Shown piece by piece: positions 40,393 to 50,690 of a stretch of 64,000 bases of DNA (position 1 is its first letter; every line of letters begins with the position of its first letter). Both the position numbers and the translations under genes were made by a program. The notes below the pieces were generated by a model, which worked only from the letters and a program-made list of their open reading frames with translations, ran no database searches and had not been told where the DNA came from. The stretch lies in assembly GCA_963768305.1 (NCBI GenBank), contig CAVYHE010000009.1:64001-128000 (forward strand), written 5' to 3'. Source of the stretch: an uncultured bacterium (GTDB lineage: Bacteria; Margulisbacteria; WOR-1; CAVSGV01).

Positions 40393-42180
40393 TCATACTT
40401 TCGCTTTAATTTGCCCTTTCGGGCCATCAATTGCCTTATCTTTCACGTATCTATGATCCCTGTACCATGTCAAAATTTCTCTTGCTATATAAGCGGTAAC
40501 CCTGTCGCCATGGACACCGTGCTCGACGAATGAAATTATGACGATTTCCGGCGCGTTGTAGGGCGCGAAGCACATGAACCAAGCATGCGCCTCACCGGGA
40601 TTTTCCGCTGTGCCGGTCTTTCCCGCAGCCGGCATCCCATCCACTCTCGCCGCTATACCCGTACCACGTTCAACTATCGTATGCATCGTGTTCCGCAGAA
40701 GTTCCGCATTCTCAGGCGACAGAGGTGTGCTTCCTGTCTCCGCAGGTTTATAATTAAATATTTCCTTCCCTTCCCGCGACTTCACATCCAATACGACATG
40801 AGGGACATATCTTTTTCCTGTCGCGATCGTTCCATACGCGTTCGCCATTTGTATCGGAGTGACAACAAGCCATCCCTGGCCGATCCCGTAATTGATCGAG
40901 TCGCCTTTCACCCAGACATCATGGTAAACTTGTTTTTTCCATTCTTCATTTGGGACCACTCCGACAAGCTCGCCCGGAAGATCTATCCCTGTTCTCTCGC
41001 CTAGCCCGTACGCCCTGGAATATTTTGAAAGCAGGCCGGGGCCGTTGCGAAGACCAAGCTGGTAGTAAACAACATCGCACGACTGCACAAGCCCTTCTAA
41101 TATGTTGAGTTTTCCGTGGCCTTTCGCATACCAGCAATCCGCCCTTCTGTTACCTAATATGTAATATCCTTTGCATTCAAATATCTCATCTAATCCCACA
41201 GTTTTTTCCTGGAGGGTGGCCGACAAATTGATGGGCTTGAAGGTGGAACCCGGCGGATATGTGGAAAGCGCCCTGTTCAGGAAAGGATGCCCTTCCCTGT
41301 CCATTCTTTCCCATTCGCGCTTGTCCATAGGGCCGGCAAAAATGCTTGGGTCGTAGCTGGGGTGGCTCGCCATTGCCAGTATCTCGCCGTTCCTCGGATC
41401 CATAACGATGACCGCACCGTGTTTCTCTCCCAGGTTCTGCTCGACCAATTTCTGGATGTCCAGGTCGATCGTTAGCTTGATATCGTTCCCCGGCACTGGA
41501 TCAAGCGCTCTCACCGTCTTAACCGGCTTTCCGGCGACGTCTATCTCAATCTGTTGCCCTCCGTCCATCCCTCTTAGATATTTATCATAAGTGTTCTCGA
41601 CGCCTTCCTGCCCTATTATGTCTTTCAGGTTGTAGCCCTGGTCGCGCAACTGATCCAGCTCTTCCTTTGTGATCTCTCCGGCATAGCCCAAAACCTGGGC
41701 CGCAAGATTTTTATACGGATAATATCGGACAGGCCGGACGTTCACTATCACGCCGGGAAGGCTGTACTGGCGCTCTTCCAAAGCAGTAACGGTCTTAATG
41801 GAAAGATCATCCTTTATAAGTATCGGCTCGAACGGGCGCGATTTGTTCTCATTGATCTTTTGAAGGATCTTTTCTTTCGGAACTCCTACGATGCGGGAAA
41901 CCGACGACAGCGTCCTGTCAAGCTCGTCTGCATCGGAGATGCTGCTTGGGAAAACATAGACGGAAAATACGGCCCTGTTCGCGACAAGGACCTTTCCGTA
42001 CCTGTCATAGATAATCCCTCTCGGAGCGAGAGTGGGTATTGTCCTGGTCGTATTCTCTTTGGACAATGTGGAATAAGTGGAATATTCCATTATCTGAAGC
42101 TGCCACAGCCGGCCGCACAAAAGAATGAATATAATGAAAAGGAACGCTATAAAAAACCTGGCCTGATTTTCCCTGTCCAT
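40393..42180 (-). CDS. mrdA: Penicillin-binding protein 2
   Basis: APRGIIYDR, STFK (SxxK), SCD (SxN-like), KTG; follows mreD. Confidence 0.95.
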   Translation of the reverse strand: MDRENQARFFIAFLFIIFILLCGRLWQLQIMEYSTYSTLSKENTTRTIPTLAPRGIIYDRYGKVLVANRAVFSVYVFPSSISDADELDRTLSSVSRIVGVPKEKILQKINENKSRPFEPILIKDDLSIKTVTALEERQYSLPGVIVNVRPVRYYPYKNLAAQVLGYAGEITKEELDQLRDQGYNLKDIIGQEGVENTYDKYLRGMDGGQQIEIDVAGKPVKTVRALDPVPGNDIKLTIDLDIQKLVEQNLGEKHGAVIVMDPRNGEILAMASHPSYDPSIFAGPMDKREWERMDREGHPFLNRALSTYPPGSTFKPINLSATLQEKTVGLDEIFECKGYYILGNRRADCWYAKGHGKLNILEGLVQSCDVVYYQLGLRNGPGLLSKYSRAYGLGERTGIDLPGELVGVVPNEEWKKQVYHDVWVKGDSINYGIGQGWLVVTPIQMANAYGTIATGKRYVPHVVLDVKSREGKEIFNYKPAETGSTPLSPENAELLRNTMHTIVERGTGIAARVDGMPAAGKTGTAENPGEAHAWFMCFAPYNAPEIVIISFVEHGVHGDRVTAYIAREILTWYRDHRYVKDKAIDGPKGQIKAKV

Positions 42181-42183
42181 GAT

Positions 42184-42669
42184 CTATTCCGTAGCCGCCT
42201 GCGCTCCCGCTTTAACGGCAGGGTAAAAAAGCGGCGCGAGCGCGCAATTATAAAAACAGGAAATTATAAGCGTTACCGCAAGGACGAAGGGCGAAGCGAC
42301 CGGTCTTTCAAAAAAGAAGAAGAGAAGCGCGGCATCCAGGATGAACGCGGTGACGGTCGCGACAAAGACAGCCGTCAACGCTATCCCTTCTTCGGTCCCG
42401 AAAACACTTTCCTTGAACGTTCCCATAAGGAACCCGAGAAGCGCCCGGGATAAAATATGGATATAGAACGTTCCTCCGAGCAGGTCTTGAGTCAGTCCGC
42501 AGAACATGCCGATAAGGAATCCTTTTTCAGGGCCGTAAACCACGGCAAAAAGCGCGGTTATGATGAGCAAAAGATCGGCTTTTACTCCGAAAACGGAAAG
42601 CCTGGCCATGATGGTGATCTGGAATATATACGTGAAAATTATCGCGAGCGCGATCTTGAACGTTCTCAT
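42184..42669 (-). CDS. mreD: Rod shape-determining protein MreD
   Basis: Hydrophobic, ADLLL, GLTQD; between mreC and mrdA. Confidence 0.88.
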   Translation of the reverse strand: MRTFKIALAIIFTYIFQITIMARLSVFGVKADLLLIITALFAVVYGPEKGFLIGMFCGLTQDLLGGTFYIHILSRALLGFLMGTFKESVFGTEEGIALTAVFVATVTAFILDAALLFFFFERPVASPFVLAVTLIISCFYNCALAPLFYPAVKAGAQAATE

Positions 42670-43492
42670 TTATTTTGCGACCACGAAAACCTTGTCGAGC
42701 TTAGAGAAGATCACCGCCGCGTTCACGTCCACTTTCTGGAAGATATCGTAATCTCTTTTGCTGACGGACCTGACGGTGCCGATGAGTATCCCTTTCGGAA
42801 AAATGTCGCTCATCCCTGATGTCACGATCTTGTCGCCTTCCTTTATCGCTGCGGTCGCCGACATGTATTGAATTTTAAGCGGCCCGATGGAATTGCCCGC
42901 CGCTATCCCCATGTCCCCGGTAGCGGAGTCAAGCGCCGAAACAGCGGATGACGGATCGGTTATGAGCAGGACTTTGGATGAGTTCTTTGAAACATCGAAG
43001 ATCCTCCCTACAAGGCCTTCCTCGTTCAGGACCGCGCTGTCGAGAAAAACATTGTCTTCGGAATCCTCTGTTTATCTCCACGATATTGAACCAGCTGCTT
43101 CCCGACCTTCCGATTATTTCCGCGGGCAAGAGCCGAAGGACAAAACTTCTTGCGCGGAAAGAGAGCGCCAGGCGAAGTTTTTCATTTTCCGCGGAGAGAT
43201 TATCAAGAAGGACTGATCTTGCCTTGTATTCTTTCAGCTCCGCCGATAATCCCTCATTCTCTTTCTCCGCGCTTTTCAGGGCGTAAATATTGCCAAAAAA
43301 AGATGTTGTATTATTGTACAGGCCGTTAAAGACATATTTCACCGGAAATGCGACAGCGCCCGCCAGCGATCTGGCGGCATGGAGAGGACTTGAACGTTTT
43401 ACAGACGGGATGTTAAGTATGACGACGAAGATGACAAGAATAACCATCCAGAAGTAAATGCTTTTTCTTCTTCCGCTTTCGTGGTAATACAT
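42670..43492 (-). CDS. mreC: Rod shape-determining protein MreC (+1 indel at ~43062)
   Basis: ENEKLR coiled coil; removing one base gives INRGSEDNV...GLVGRI...SKVLLITD...IVTSGMSDIFPKGILIG in one frame. Confidence 0.92.
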
Positions 43493-43516
43493 ATCCTTCT
43501 GATCTTTAAAATTCCC

Positions 43517-44560
43517 TTAAAAGCCTTTTTTTGACGTTATCAGGACTTTTTTAAGTGTTTCAAGCTCGTCGAGCACTTTTCCGCAGCCGTAAACAACGCA
43601 TGACATTGGATCGTCAACCACGTAAACTGACATATCCGTTTCCTGGCTAAGATGCTTATCCAGGCCTCTAAGCAGAGAGCCGCCTCCCGCCATTACAACA
43701 CCTCTGTCAATGATATCGGCCGCAAGTTCCGGCGGTGTTTTTTCCAATGTCATCCTGACGGCGTCAACGATCGTGGCGACAGGCTCCGAAAGCGCATCCC
43801 TGATCTCGGATGAAGTCAGTGTTAATGTTTTCGGCAGCCCTGTTACGAGGTCCCTGCCTCTTACTTCAACTGTTCTTTCTTCGCCGAGAGGATACGCGGA
43901 ACCAATATCAATTTTGATCTGCTCCGCAGTTCTTTCGCCGATGAGCAGGTTGTAATTTTTTCTGCAATGCGCGACTATCGCCTCGTCCATTTCGTCGCCG
44001 GCGACCCTTATGGATTTGGAAACCACTATTCCTCCGAGAGCTAATATCGCGACCTCGGTCGTCCCTCCGCCGATATCGACGATCATTGAGCCCGCCGGTT
44101 CTGAAACAGGCAGGTTCGCACCGATAGCTGCAGCCATCGGCTCTTCAATTAAATATGCTTCTCTCGCTCCCGCGTGCATCGCTGCATCAAGGACAGCTCG
44201 TTTTTCAACTCCGGTTATCCCCGACGGAACTCCAATGACTATACGCGGCCTGACGAAAGCGGTTCTGTTATGGCTCTTGCCTATGAAATGCCTGAGCATC
44301 ATTTCTGTCACTTCGAAATCTGCTATAACGCCGTCCCTCATCGGCCTTACGGCGATGATGTTCCCCGGCGTCCTTCCCAGCATTCCTTTCGCTTCGTTCC
44401 CGATGGCAATGACCTTGCCTTTTTCTTTTTCTATGGCAACTACGGATGGTTCGCATAAAATGATGCCTTCGCCTTTGGCGTACACAAGGGTCGTGGCTGT
44501 CCCGAGGTCTATCCCCAGGTCCCTGGAAAAATATCCGAAAACAAAATCATAGAAACTCAT
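43517..44560 (-). CDS. mreB: Rod shape-determining protein MreB
   Basis: [36 protein letters not shown]. Confidence 0.98.
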   Translation of the reverse strand: MSFYDFVFGYFSRDLGIDLGTATTLVYAKGEGIILCEPSVVAIEKEKGKVIAIGNEAKGMLGRTPGNIIAVRPMRDGVIADFEVTEMMLRHFIGKSHNRTAFVRPRIVIGVPSGITGVEKRAVLDAAMHAGAREAYLIEEPMAAAIGANLPVSEPAGSMIVDIGGGTTEVAILALGGIVVSKSIRVAGDEMDEAIVAHCRKNYNLLIGERTAEQIKIDIGSAYPLGEERTVEVRGRDLVTGLPKTLTLTSSEIRDALSEPVATIVDAVRMTLEKTPPELAADIIDRGVVMAGGGSLLRGLDKHLSQETDMSVYVVDDPMSCVVYGCGKVLDELETLKKVLITSKKGF

Positions 44561-44622
44561 ATTTATCCTTCCTCCCAATTCCTGTAATTAAACGGAATTT
44601 TCTTAATTAATACTGGCAGAAA

Positions 44623-45363
44623 TTATTCAAGAATTACAGAGGGGATGATCCCTTTGCTCTCTAATTTTGCCACCAGCGGATCCGCTTTTTCCCTGCTGTC
44701 GAACGCTCCGGTCTGAACTCTGTAAAGGCCGGAAAGCACTTTCACGTAAGCGGTGAATCCTTTAACTTTCAGCGACTTGACAAAAGAAGTGGCTTCATCC
44801 GCGGTCTTGAAAGTGCCGACTATGACCTTGTAAAATTTGCCGCCTTTTGTTTTTGCGACCGGGACCTTAACCGCCTTCGGGACCTTAACCGCCTTTTTAA
44901 CGGCGGCGATCTTCCTTGATTCCGAGGATCGTATCCTTTTTGCAGCTAAAACTTTCTTTAAAGACACCGGCTTCGGGATCCCGGATTTGACCTGGACTTC
45001 CTTTATCTCTTTTTCTTCGATCGCCGGCTCCTCCTCAACAGGAGTAGCTTTTTCGAGATCGAGCCTGGAAATGGCTTTTGGAGCTGGCATCTCAAGTGAA
45101 GGGAAGTTTTTGATGGGCGGCACAAGGACCTTTTTCCCTATAAGGAAGGACATCCAGAAGCTCCCTACTACTATGCCGATAAGGAGTATCCCGATAAAAA
45201 AGTTCTTTATGAAATCCCCTCCGCCGGACCTTCGGATATCATCGGAAACATCGCGTCTTTGATAATCGGCTTCGGCATCAGAGCTGGCCAGGTCGTCAAT
45301 TATCCTTTTTTGCGTGAAGTCCTTGTCTTTAAGAAGGTCCCTTAGATCTTTTCTTTCGCCCAT
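44623..45363 (-). CDS. SPOR domain membrane protein
   Basis: Single TM, K/P-rich linker, YKVIVGTF...YRVQTGAF. Confidence 0.85.
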   Translation of the reverse strand: MGERKDLRDLLKDKDFTQKRIIDDLASSDAEADYQRRDVSDDIRRSGGGDFIKNFFIGILLIGIVVGSFWMSFLIGKKVLVPPIKNFPSLEMPAPKAISRLDLEKATPVEEEPAIEEKEIKEVQVKSGIPKPVSLKKVLAAKRIRSSESRKIAAVKKAVKVPKAVKVPVAKTKGGKFYKVIVGTFKTADEATSFVKSLKVKGFTAYVKVLSGLYRVQTGAFDSREKADPLVAKLESKGIIPSVILE

Positions 45364-45387
45364 TTGAGACAGTAATTATACAAAAAA

Positions 45388-46578
45388 TCAGCCTTGCAAG
45401 TCAAGCTGTATCATATCCCCGACAAGATAAAGCGAGCCTGTGATACATACCGGGTGTCCGATTTTTTTTGCCATCATTACCGCATTTCTCAGATCCTTGG
45501 TGATGACAGCGTACCCGCCTGCATTTTCAATTTTTTCGGCAACAATTTTATTTGATAGCGCATTCGGATGGCTGGATTTAACGGCAATGAACTGATCTGC
45601 AATTGGCTTGATTACCCCGATAAAATCATCGACATTCTTATTCGCTTGCATACCGATGATGAACGTGAACCTTTTCTTTAAACTTGAAAGATATTTAAAT
45701 AATGCGCGCGCTCCCGCGGGATTATGCGCACCATCTAATATCATCAGGGGCTTTTTGCCCGCGATCTGCAATCTTCCCGGCCAATAAGCGCGCCGCAGTC
45801 CCCTATTCAACTGCTCATGACCGATCTTGATCCCAAGTTTCCTTAATACTTTTACGCTTGATATGACCGTTTTTGTGTTCCATTTCTGGTGGTTCCCAAG
45901 GAACGGAACATATTTAATTTTATCCCTATCCGACCTGATGAATTTCGATCCCATTCGCTTACATATATTACGCAGAATGCGTCTAGCTTTTACTTCACCG
46001 GTAACAAGCGGAACGCCGGGCTTGATTATCCCGCCCTTTTCTTTCGCTATCTTGCTGATCGAATTACCCAGAACATCAGTGTGATCCAGTTCGATATTAG
46101 TAATGATCGATAATATCGGGGTTATCACGTTCGTCGCATCCAGCCTGCCGCCCAGCCCGACCTCGATTATGGCAATATCCACTTTTTCCTGTGATAAAAG
46201 CAGGAACGATGCTGCGGTCAGTACTTCAAATTCCGTAAGGTCAAGTTCCGGAAGCTCATCGATGATTTTTTTGACTTTTTCGACGGCACCGGCAAATTTC
46301 ACTCTGGATATATCCTTTTCATTTATCCGGAGGCGTTCGGTGTAATCCACAAGATGCGGGGAAGTATAAAGCCCGACTTTGTAACCCGACCGGTTCAATA
46401 CCGATGACAGCATGGCCGCGACGGAACCCTTCCCGTTCGTGCCGGCAATATGTATCGATCTGAAATCATTCTGGGGATCGCCGAGATGGGAGAGAAGAGC
46501 GCTTATCCTTTCCAGTCCGAGCCGCATGCCCATTTTCTGGAAGCTTTCCAGATATTCAACGGCGCGGGGATAATTCAT
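45388..46578 (-). CDS. folC: Folylpolyglutamate synthase/dihydrofolate synthase
   Basis: HIAGTNGKGS, TSPHL, EVGLGGRLDATN, LDGAHNP. Confidence 0.96.
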   Translation of the reverse strand: MNYPRAVEYLESFQKMGMRLGLERISALLSHLGDPQNDFRSIHIAGTNGKGSVAAMLSSVLNRSGYKVGLYTSPHLVDYTERLRINEKDISRVKFAGAVEKVKKIIDELPELDLTEFEVLTAASFLLLSQEKVDIAIIEVGLGGRLDATNVITPILSIITNIELDHTDVLGNSISKIAKEKGGIIKPGVPLVTGEVKARRILRNICKRMGSKFIRSDRDKIKYVPFLGNHQKWNTKTVISSVKVLRKLGIKIGHEQLNRGLRRAYWPGRLQIAGKKPLMILDGAHNPAGARALFKYLSSLKKRFTFIIGMQANKNVDDFIGVIKPIADQFIAVKSSHPNALSNKIVAEKIENAGGYAVITKDLRNAVMMAKKIGHPVCITGSLYLVGDMIQLDLQG

Positions 46579-47163
46579 CTGGTTATGATCCTGAAAATGA
46601 CCGAGATTATTTCCATCAATAAATATGAGGTAGGCGGAAAGATAAGGATGAATATCAGGATGAAAAATCCGTATTGTTCGAACATTCGCCGGTATTCATA
46701 CGGGATGAACGGCTCCAGGATGTGCGAACCGTCCAGCGGCGGCACGGGCAGCAGATTGAAAACAGCAAGCGCCAGATTTATCCAGATAAAATAATCAAAG
46801 GTCTGCCCGACATAATATCCGTACGGAAGAGAAGCGAAATTCATAATATTGTGCAGCCTGGCAACTATGAACGCCGCCAGAAAATTCGATGCGGGTCCGG
46901 CAAATGATACCACCATTTCCCCTCTTCCGGGGTTCCTGAAATTGTATGGATTTATGGGGACCGGCTTCGCCCAACCGAACCTCACGAGAAAAAGCATGAT
47001 AAATCCTATCGGATCGATGTGCTTTATCGGATTCAGCGACAATCTACCGGCGAGCCGCGGGGTCGGATCGCCGAGCGCCGTTGCAGCCGCCGCATGAGAG
47101 AACTCATGTATGGTTATCGCGAACAAAGATGATCACGAAAACGGATATGATCATCATTGTCAT
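46575..47163 (-). CDS. Site-2 (M50) zinc metalloprotease (+1 indel at ~47126)
   Basis: HEFSH, GDPTP, AGPASN, FNLLPVPPLDG; upstream ATG at 47163 becomes in-frame after deleting one base. Confidence 0.92.
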
Positions 47164-47167
47164 GTTT

Positions 47168-48028
47168 TTACGCCCTCGGATGCGCCGCCAGGTAAACTTT
47201 TTTGAGGCGCTCCCTGCTCACGCTGGTATATATTTGCGTTGTGGAAATATCGCTGTGGCCCAGCATTTCCTGCACGCACCTGAGGTCCGCGCCGCCTTCC
47301 AGAAGATGCGTCGCGAAAGAATGCCGCAGAGTGTGGGGAGAAGCGCTGGCCCGGACCCCTGATAATTTAACATATTTTTTCACAATGAACCACAGCCCCT
47401 GCCGCGTGAACTGACCGCCGAGATGATCCAGAAAAAGGATGTTCGTCGCTGCATTTGGACGCGAGTTCTTTATGTATTCCCTTATCGCCGATACCGCGCC
47501 GGCGCCTACGGGAATTATCCTTTCTTTTCCGCCTTTCCCGAAGCATTTAACAAAGCCAACATCCAAATTGACGTCGTTCAGCGTCAAAGTTATCAGTTCC
47601 GATGCTCTGATACCCGTCGCATACAGCAATTCCATAATTGCTTTATCCCTGGCGGACGAGGGGCATTCGACAAGATTTTTCGCTTCGTTCATGGTCAGCG
47701 CTTTAGGAAGCTTTTTGCCTTTTCTGGGAAGTTTAATATTTGATGTGGGATTGGACTGGACATGGCCTTCGCGTATCAAAAAAGCGAAAAATGATTTTAC
47801 CGCGGCAATGTGCCTTTCAATGCTGGCCGGATCCAGACCCATCTGAGAGAGCTCCGTAATAAAAGAACTGACGGCAGGCCTTGTGATCGCGCTTACGCTA
47901 TCGATCCGAGAAGCCTGTAAATGTTTGACAAAATGCGCGAGGTCCCTCTTATAAGAGGATATGGTATTGTCGCTGTATCCCCTTTCATACTTGAGGTGGC
48001 TCGAAAATTCTTCGATCAGTTTTTCCAC
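47168..48028 (-). CDS. xerD: Tyrosine recombinase XerD
   Basis: ELLYATGIRASE, GKGGKER, SPHTLRHSFATHLL, LGHSDISTTQIYT, HPRA end; GTG start with GGAG. Confidence 0.92.
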   Translation of the reverse strand: MEKLIEEFSSHLKYERGYSDNTISSYKRDLAHFVKHLQASRIDSVSAITRPAVSSFITELSQMGLDPASIERHIAAVKSFFAFLIREGHVQSNPTSNIKLPRKGKKLPKALTMNEAKNLVECPSSARDKAIMELLYATGIRASELITLTLNDVNLDVGFVKCFGKGGKERIIPVGAGAVSAIREYIKNSRPNAATNILFLDHLGGQFTRQGLWFIVKKYVKLSGVRASASPHTLRHSFATHLLEGGADLRCVQEMLGHSDISTTQIYTSVSRERLKKVYLAAHPRA

Positions 48029-48050
48029 TATTTTAGATCTCCATAAACCT

Positions 48051-48113
48051 GGAACCTGCGAATAAATTCGCGGTTCCATTTTGTGAGGAACCGAGACTTC
48101 AGTCTCAGGTTCC
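48051..48113. repeat. Inverted pair of 27-bp REP-like palindromes
   Basis: GGAACCTGCGAATAAATTCGCGGTTCC (48051-48077) and the reverse complement of GGAACCTGAGACTGAAGTCTCGGTTCC (48087-48113). Confidence 0.75.
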
Positions 48114-48120
48114 GAACAAA

Positions 48121-48648
48121 TCAGGATATTAGGTAATTCGCCAGCAATATCCCCAAAGCCGTTTTATTGTCCTTTATCTTGCCGGACTTCAACATCTTAA
48201 GGCATTGTTCCAATGAATACAGCTCGACTTTTATGATTTCGTCAAAATCGCAGCTCTGTTTTGTCTTTTTAAGGCCGGTCGCGAGATATAAACTGATAAC
48301 TTCTGTGCTGTAGCCGGGAGAAGAATACCCCGCGAAAACTTCCTTGATCTTGCCTGCCGTATACCCGGTTTCTTCAGTTAATTCACGTTTTGCACCGTTG
48401 ATATTGCTTTCTCCTTTATGAACAAGTCCTGCTGGAATTTCCAGTAATACTTTTCCTGCTGATTTCCTGAACTGGCGGATGAGGACCATTTTTTTGTCCT
48501 TTGTTATCGCTATTATCGCCACGGCACCGGGATGCTCCACTATCTCTCTTTTGGAAATAACCCCGTTATCAAGTTTTACGGTGTCCTCTCTTAAACCTAT
48601 TATCCTTCCATTGAATATTCTTCTTGTCTTCAATGTTCTCTCTCTCAT
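48121..48648 (-). CDS. nudF: NUDIX hydrolase (ADP-ribose pyrophosphatase NudF-like)
   Basis: REIVEHPGAV, EIPAG...GAKRELTEETGY, SPGYSTE. Confidence 0.88.
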   Translation of the reverse strand: MRERTLKTRRIFNGRIIGLREDTVKLDNGVISKREIVEHPGAVAIIAITKDKKMVLIRQFRKSAGKVLLEIPAGLVHKGESNINGAKRELTEETGYTAGKIKEVFAGYSSPGYSTEVISLYLATGLKKTKQSCDFDEIIKVELYSLEQCLKMLKSGKIKDNKTALGILLANYLIS

Positions 48649-49761
48649 TTAACGCTCTCCTTGATGATATTCAATATCAATCTTGCTCCCATCGCCATTT
48701 CATCGATGGAAAGGTTCTCTTTTTTCGTGTGGACATTGATCCGCGCCGACGCCGAGGATGAGGCACGGCAGCGCCATTGACGCGAAAATATTCGCATCGC
48801 TGCCGCCCCCTGTGGCTTTTACCTTTATCTTTAATCCGATATCTTTCGCGGCTCTCTTAGCAATGATCAATGATTTGTGACCCCCCGGGATCTCGAACGC
48901 GCGATAAGCGGGCGTGACATGGAAATGCAGCTTTGCGCCATATTTTACGCATGCCTTACGCAGGACATTTCCCATATGAAAGATCTGGCGCTTTAATTTA
49001 TTTAAATCATGGCTCCTTGCTTCACCTTTCAAAGTTACAGTCTCAGGAATGATGTTCGTCGCTATGCCGCCCTGAATAATTCCGATGTTCGCCGTGGTCT
49101 CAAAGTTTATCCTTCCGAGTTTCATTTTTGAAATAGCTTCTGACGCGACCTTGATAGCGTTTATGCCATGCTCGGGGTGTACCCCCGCATGGGCCGCGCG
49201 CCCGGTTATCCGGACTTCAATTGAATCCTGAGAAGGAGCTTTATTGATAATTTCATTCACATCCCCGCCGTCCAGAACATAGCCAAATTTCGCCTTGATC
49301 AGTTCCCTTTTGATGAATTTTGAGCCCATCAAGCCTATCTCTTCCGCGACAGTGAAAAGAACATCGATGTCACCATGCGGCAGATTTTGCTCCTTCAAAA
49401 TCTTGAGTATCTCAATCATGACCGCGACGCCGGCCTTATTATCCGCGCCTAATACAGTAGTTCCGTCGCTATAGATCTTTCCATTCCGTATCTTCGGCTT
49501 GATGTTTTCGCCGGGCTCAACAGTATCAACATGCGCATTTAGAAGGATAGCGGGCGCGCTTTTTAAATTGCCCTTTAATCGAGTATAAAGGTTTCCGCAG
49601 TCGCCGCCGATACGCTTCCCCGCATTATCTTCGGAATACTTCATCCCCATTGCGGACAGCTCTTTCTTCAGGAGCTTCATGAACCTGGCCTCTTTTTTTG
49701 AAAGGCTGTCCACCTTTACATATTTAATGAAGCGCTTAACGAGTCTGCTCTTGTTTATCAA
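48645..49761 (-). CDS. M20 family peptidase T-like metallohydrolase (+1 indel at ~48739)
   Basis: AHVDTV, GADNKAG, EEIG, GGGSDAN; corrected end ADNVHTKKE...ESVK* overlaps the nudix ATG. Confidence 0.9.
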
Positions 49762-50690
49762 AAGTGATCGTACCCTCCGTATTTCATTATCGAGCATCGG
49801 CCCCTGCCGTCAATAACTTCGATCCTTCGCTTTTTCGTGATCTCACCTATAATTATACCTTTTTTCAAAAATTTAGCTTTGGTTTTAGGAACGGTCAATA
49901 TCAAATTATAATCTTCTCCGCCGTCGAATCCGTCCTTCAAGGTGGCGCCTTTTGCAAGCGGAATAGCGTTCAAATTGATCCTGGCACCGACATTGCTTGC
50001 CTTGCATATTTCAATAAGGCATCTGGCAAGCCCGTCGCTGTTATCTATCATCGAAGTGGCGTATTTCGACGCCTCCGATCCTTCTTTGATCATCGGAAGA
50101 GGCATAAGATGACTCAGCGCTTGAGCCTTCAACGATCGCAATGCTTTTCTTCCGTCCTTTTTTAAATATCTCAAACCGACGGATGAGCCGCCAAGTTTTC
50201 CTATTGAAACGATCATGTCCCCTGGTCTCGCCCCGCTTCTTTTTACGATCTTATCCGCTTCGCCGTAAAGGTCCATGGTAAAAAAAAGACTTTTCGGAGA
50301 GCTGACAATATCTCCGCCAACGATCGATATATGATGCTTCCGGGCCAGTGCTTTAACCCCTTTATAGAACCGGGTGATGTTTAAGGTGCTGATCGTGTTT
50401 TTCAGTCCTAAAGTTATCAGCGCGTATTTCGGAGAGCCTCCCATCGCCGCGATATCCGAGACATTGATAGCCATCAACTTCCATCCGAGTTCAAAATAAG
50501 AAAAATATCTGAGATCGAAATGGACTTTTTCGACGAGAGTGTCTGTGGTCATCAGGAGATATTTTTTGGACGGACGCCTGATAACGGCTGTGTCATCGCC
50601 TATCCCGATGATAACGTTGCTGTCTTTGATCGCATTGGCTCTTTTGATCTTTTCGATAAGCCCAAATTCACCGGTCTCCGAGATCTTCAT
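49758..50690 (-). CDS. thiL: Thiamine-monophosphate kinase
   Basis: GEFGLI, GIGDDTA, NVSDIAAMGG, DNSDGL, GGEDYNL, GYDHF. Confidence 0.95.
   Translation of the reverse strand: MKISETGEFGLIEKIKRANAIKDSNVIIGIGDDTAVIRRPSKKYLLMTTDTLVEKVHFDLRYFSYFELGWKLMAINVSDIAAMGGSPKYALITLGLKNTISTLNITRFYKGVKALARKHHISIVGGDIVSSPKSLFFTMDLYGEADKIVKRSGARPGDMIVSIGKLGGSSVGLRYLKKDGRKALRSLKAQALSHLMPLPMIKEGSEASKYATSMIDNSDGLARCLIEICKASNVGARINLNAIPLAKGATLKDGFDGGEDYNLILTVPKTKAKFLKKGIIIGEITKKRRIEVIDGRGRCSIMKYGGYDHF

Noticed and set aside
42670..43492. mreC and other split genes called as pseudogenes or programmed frameshifts
   Set aside because: One-base repairs give full-length conserved proteins and there is no shared slippery motif, so sequencing error is more parsimonious.
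47168..48028. Tyrosine recombinase as a prophage or island integrase
   Set aside because: Typical XerD motifs and a housekeeping neighbourhood (nudF, site-2 protease); no att-like repeats, tRNA or phage genes seen.
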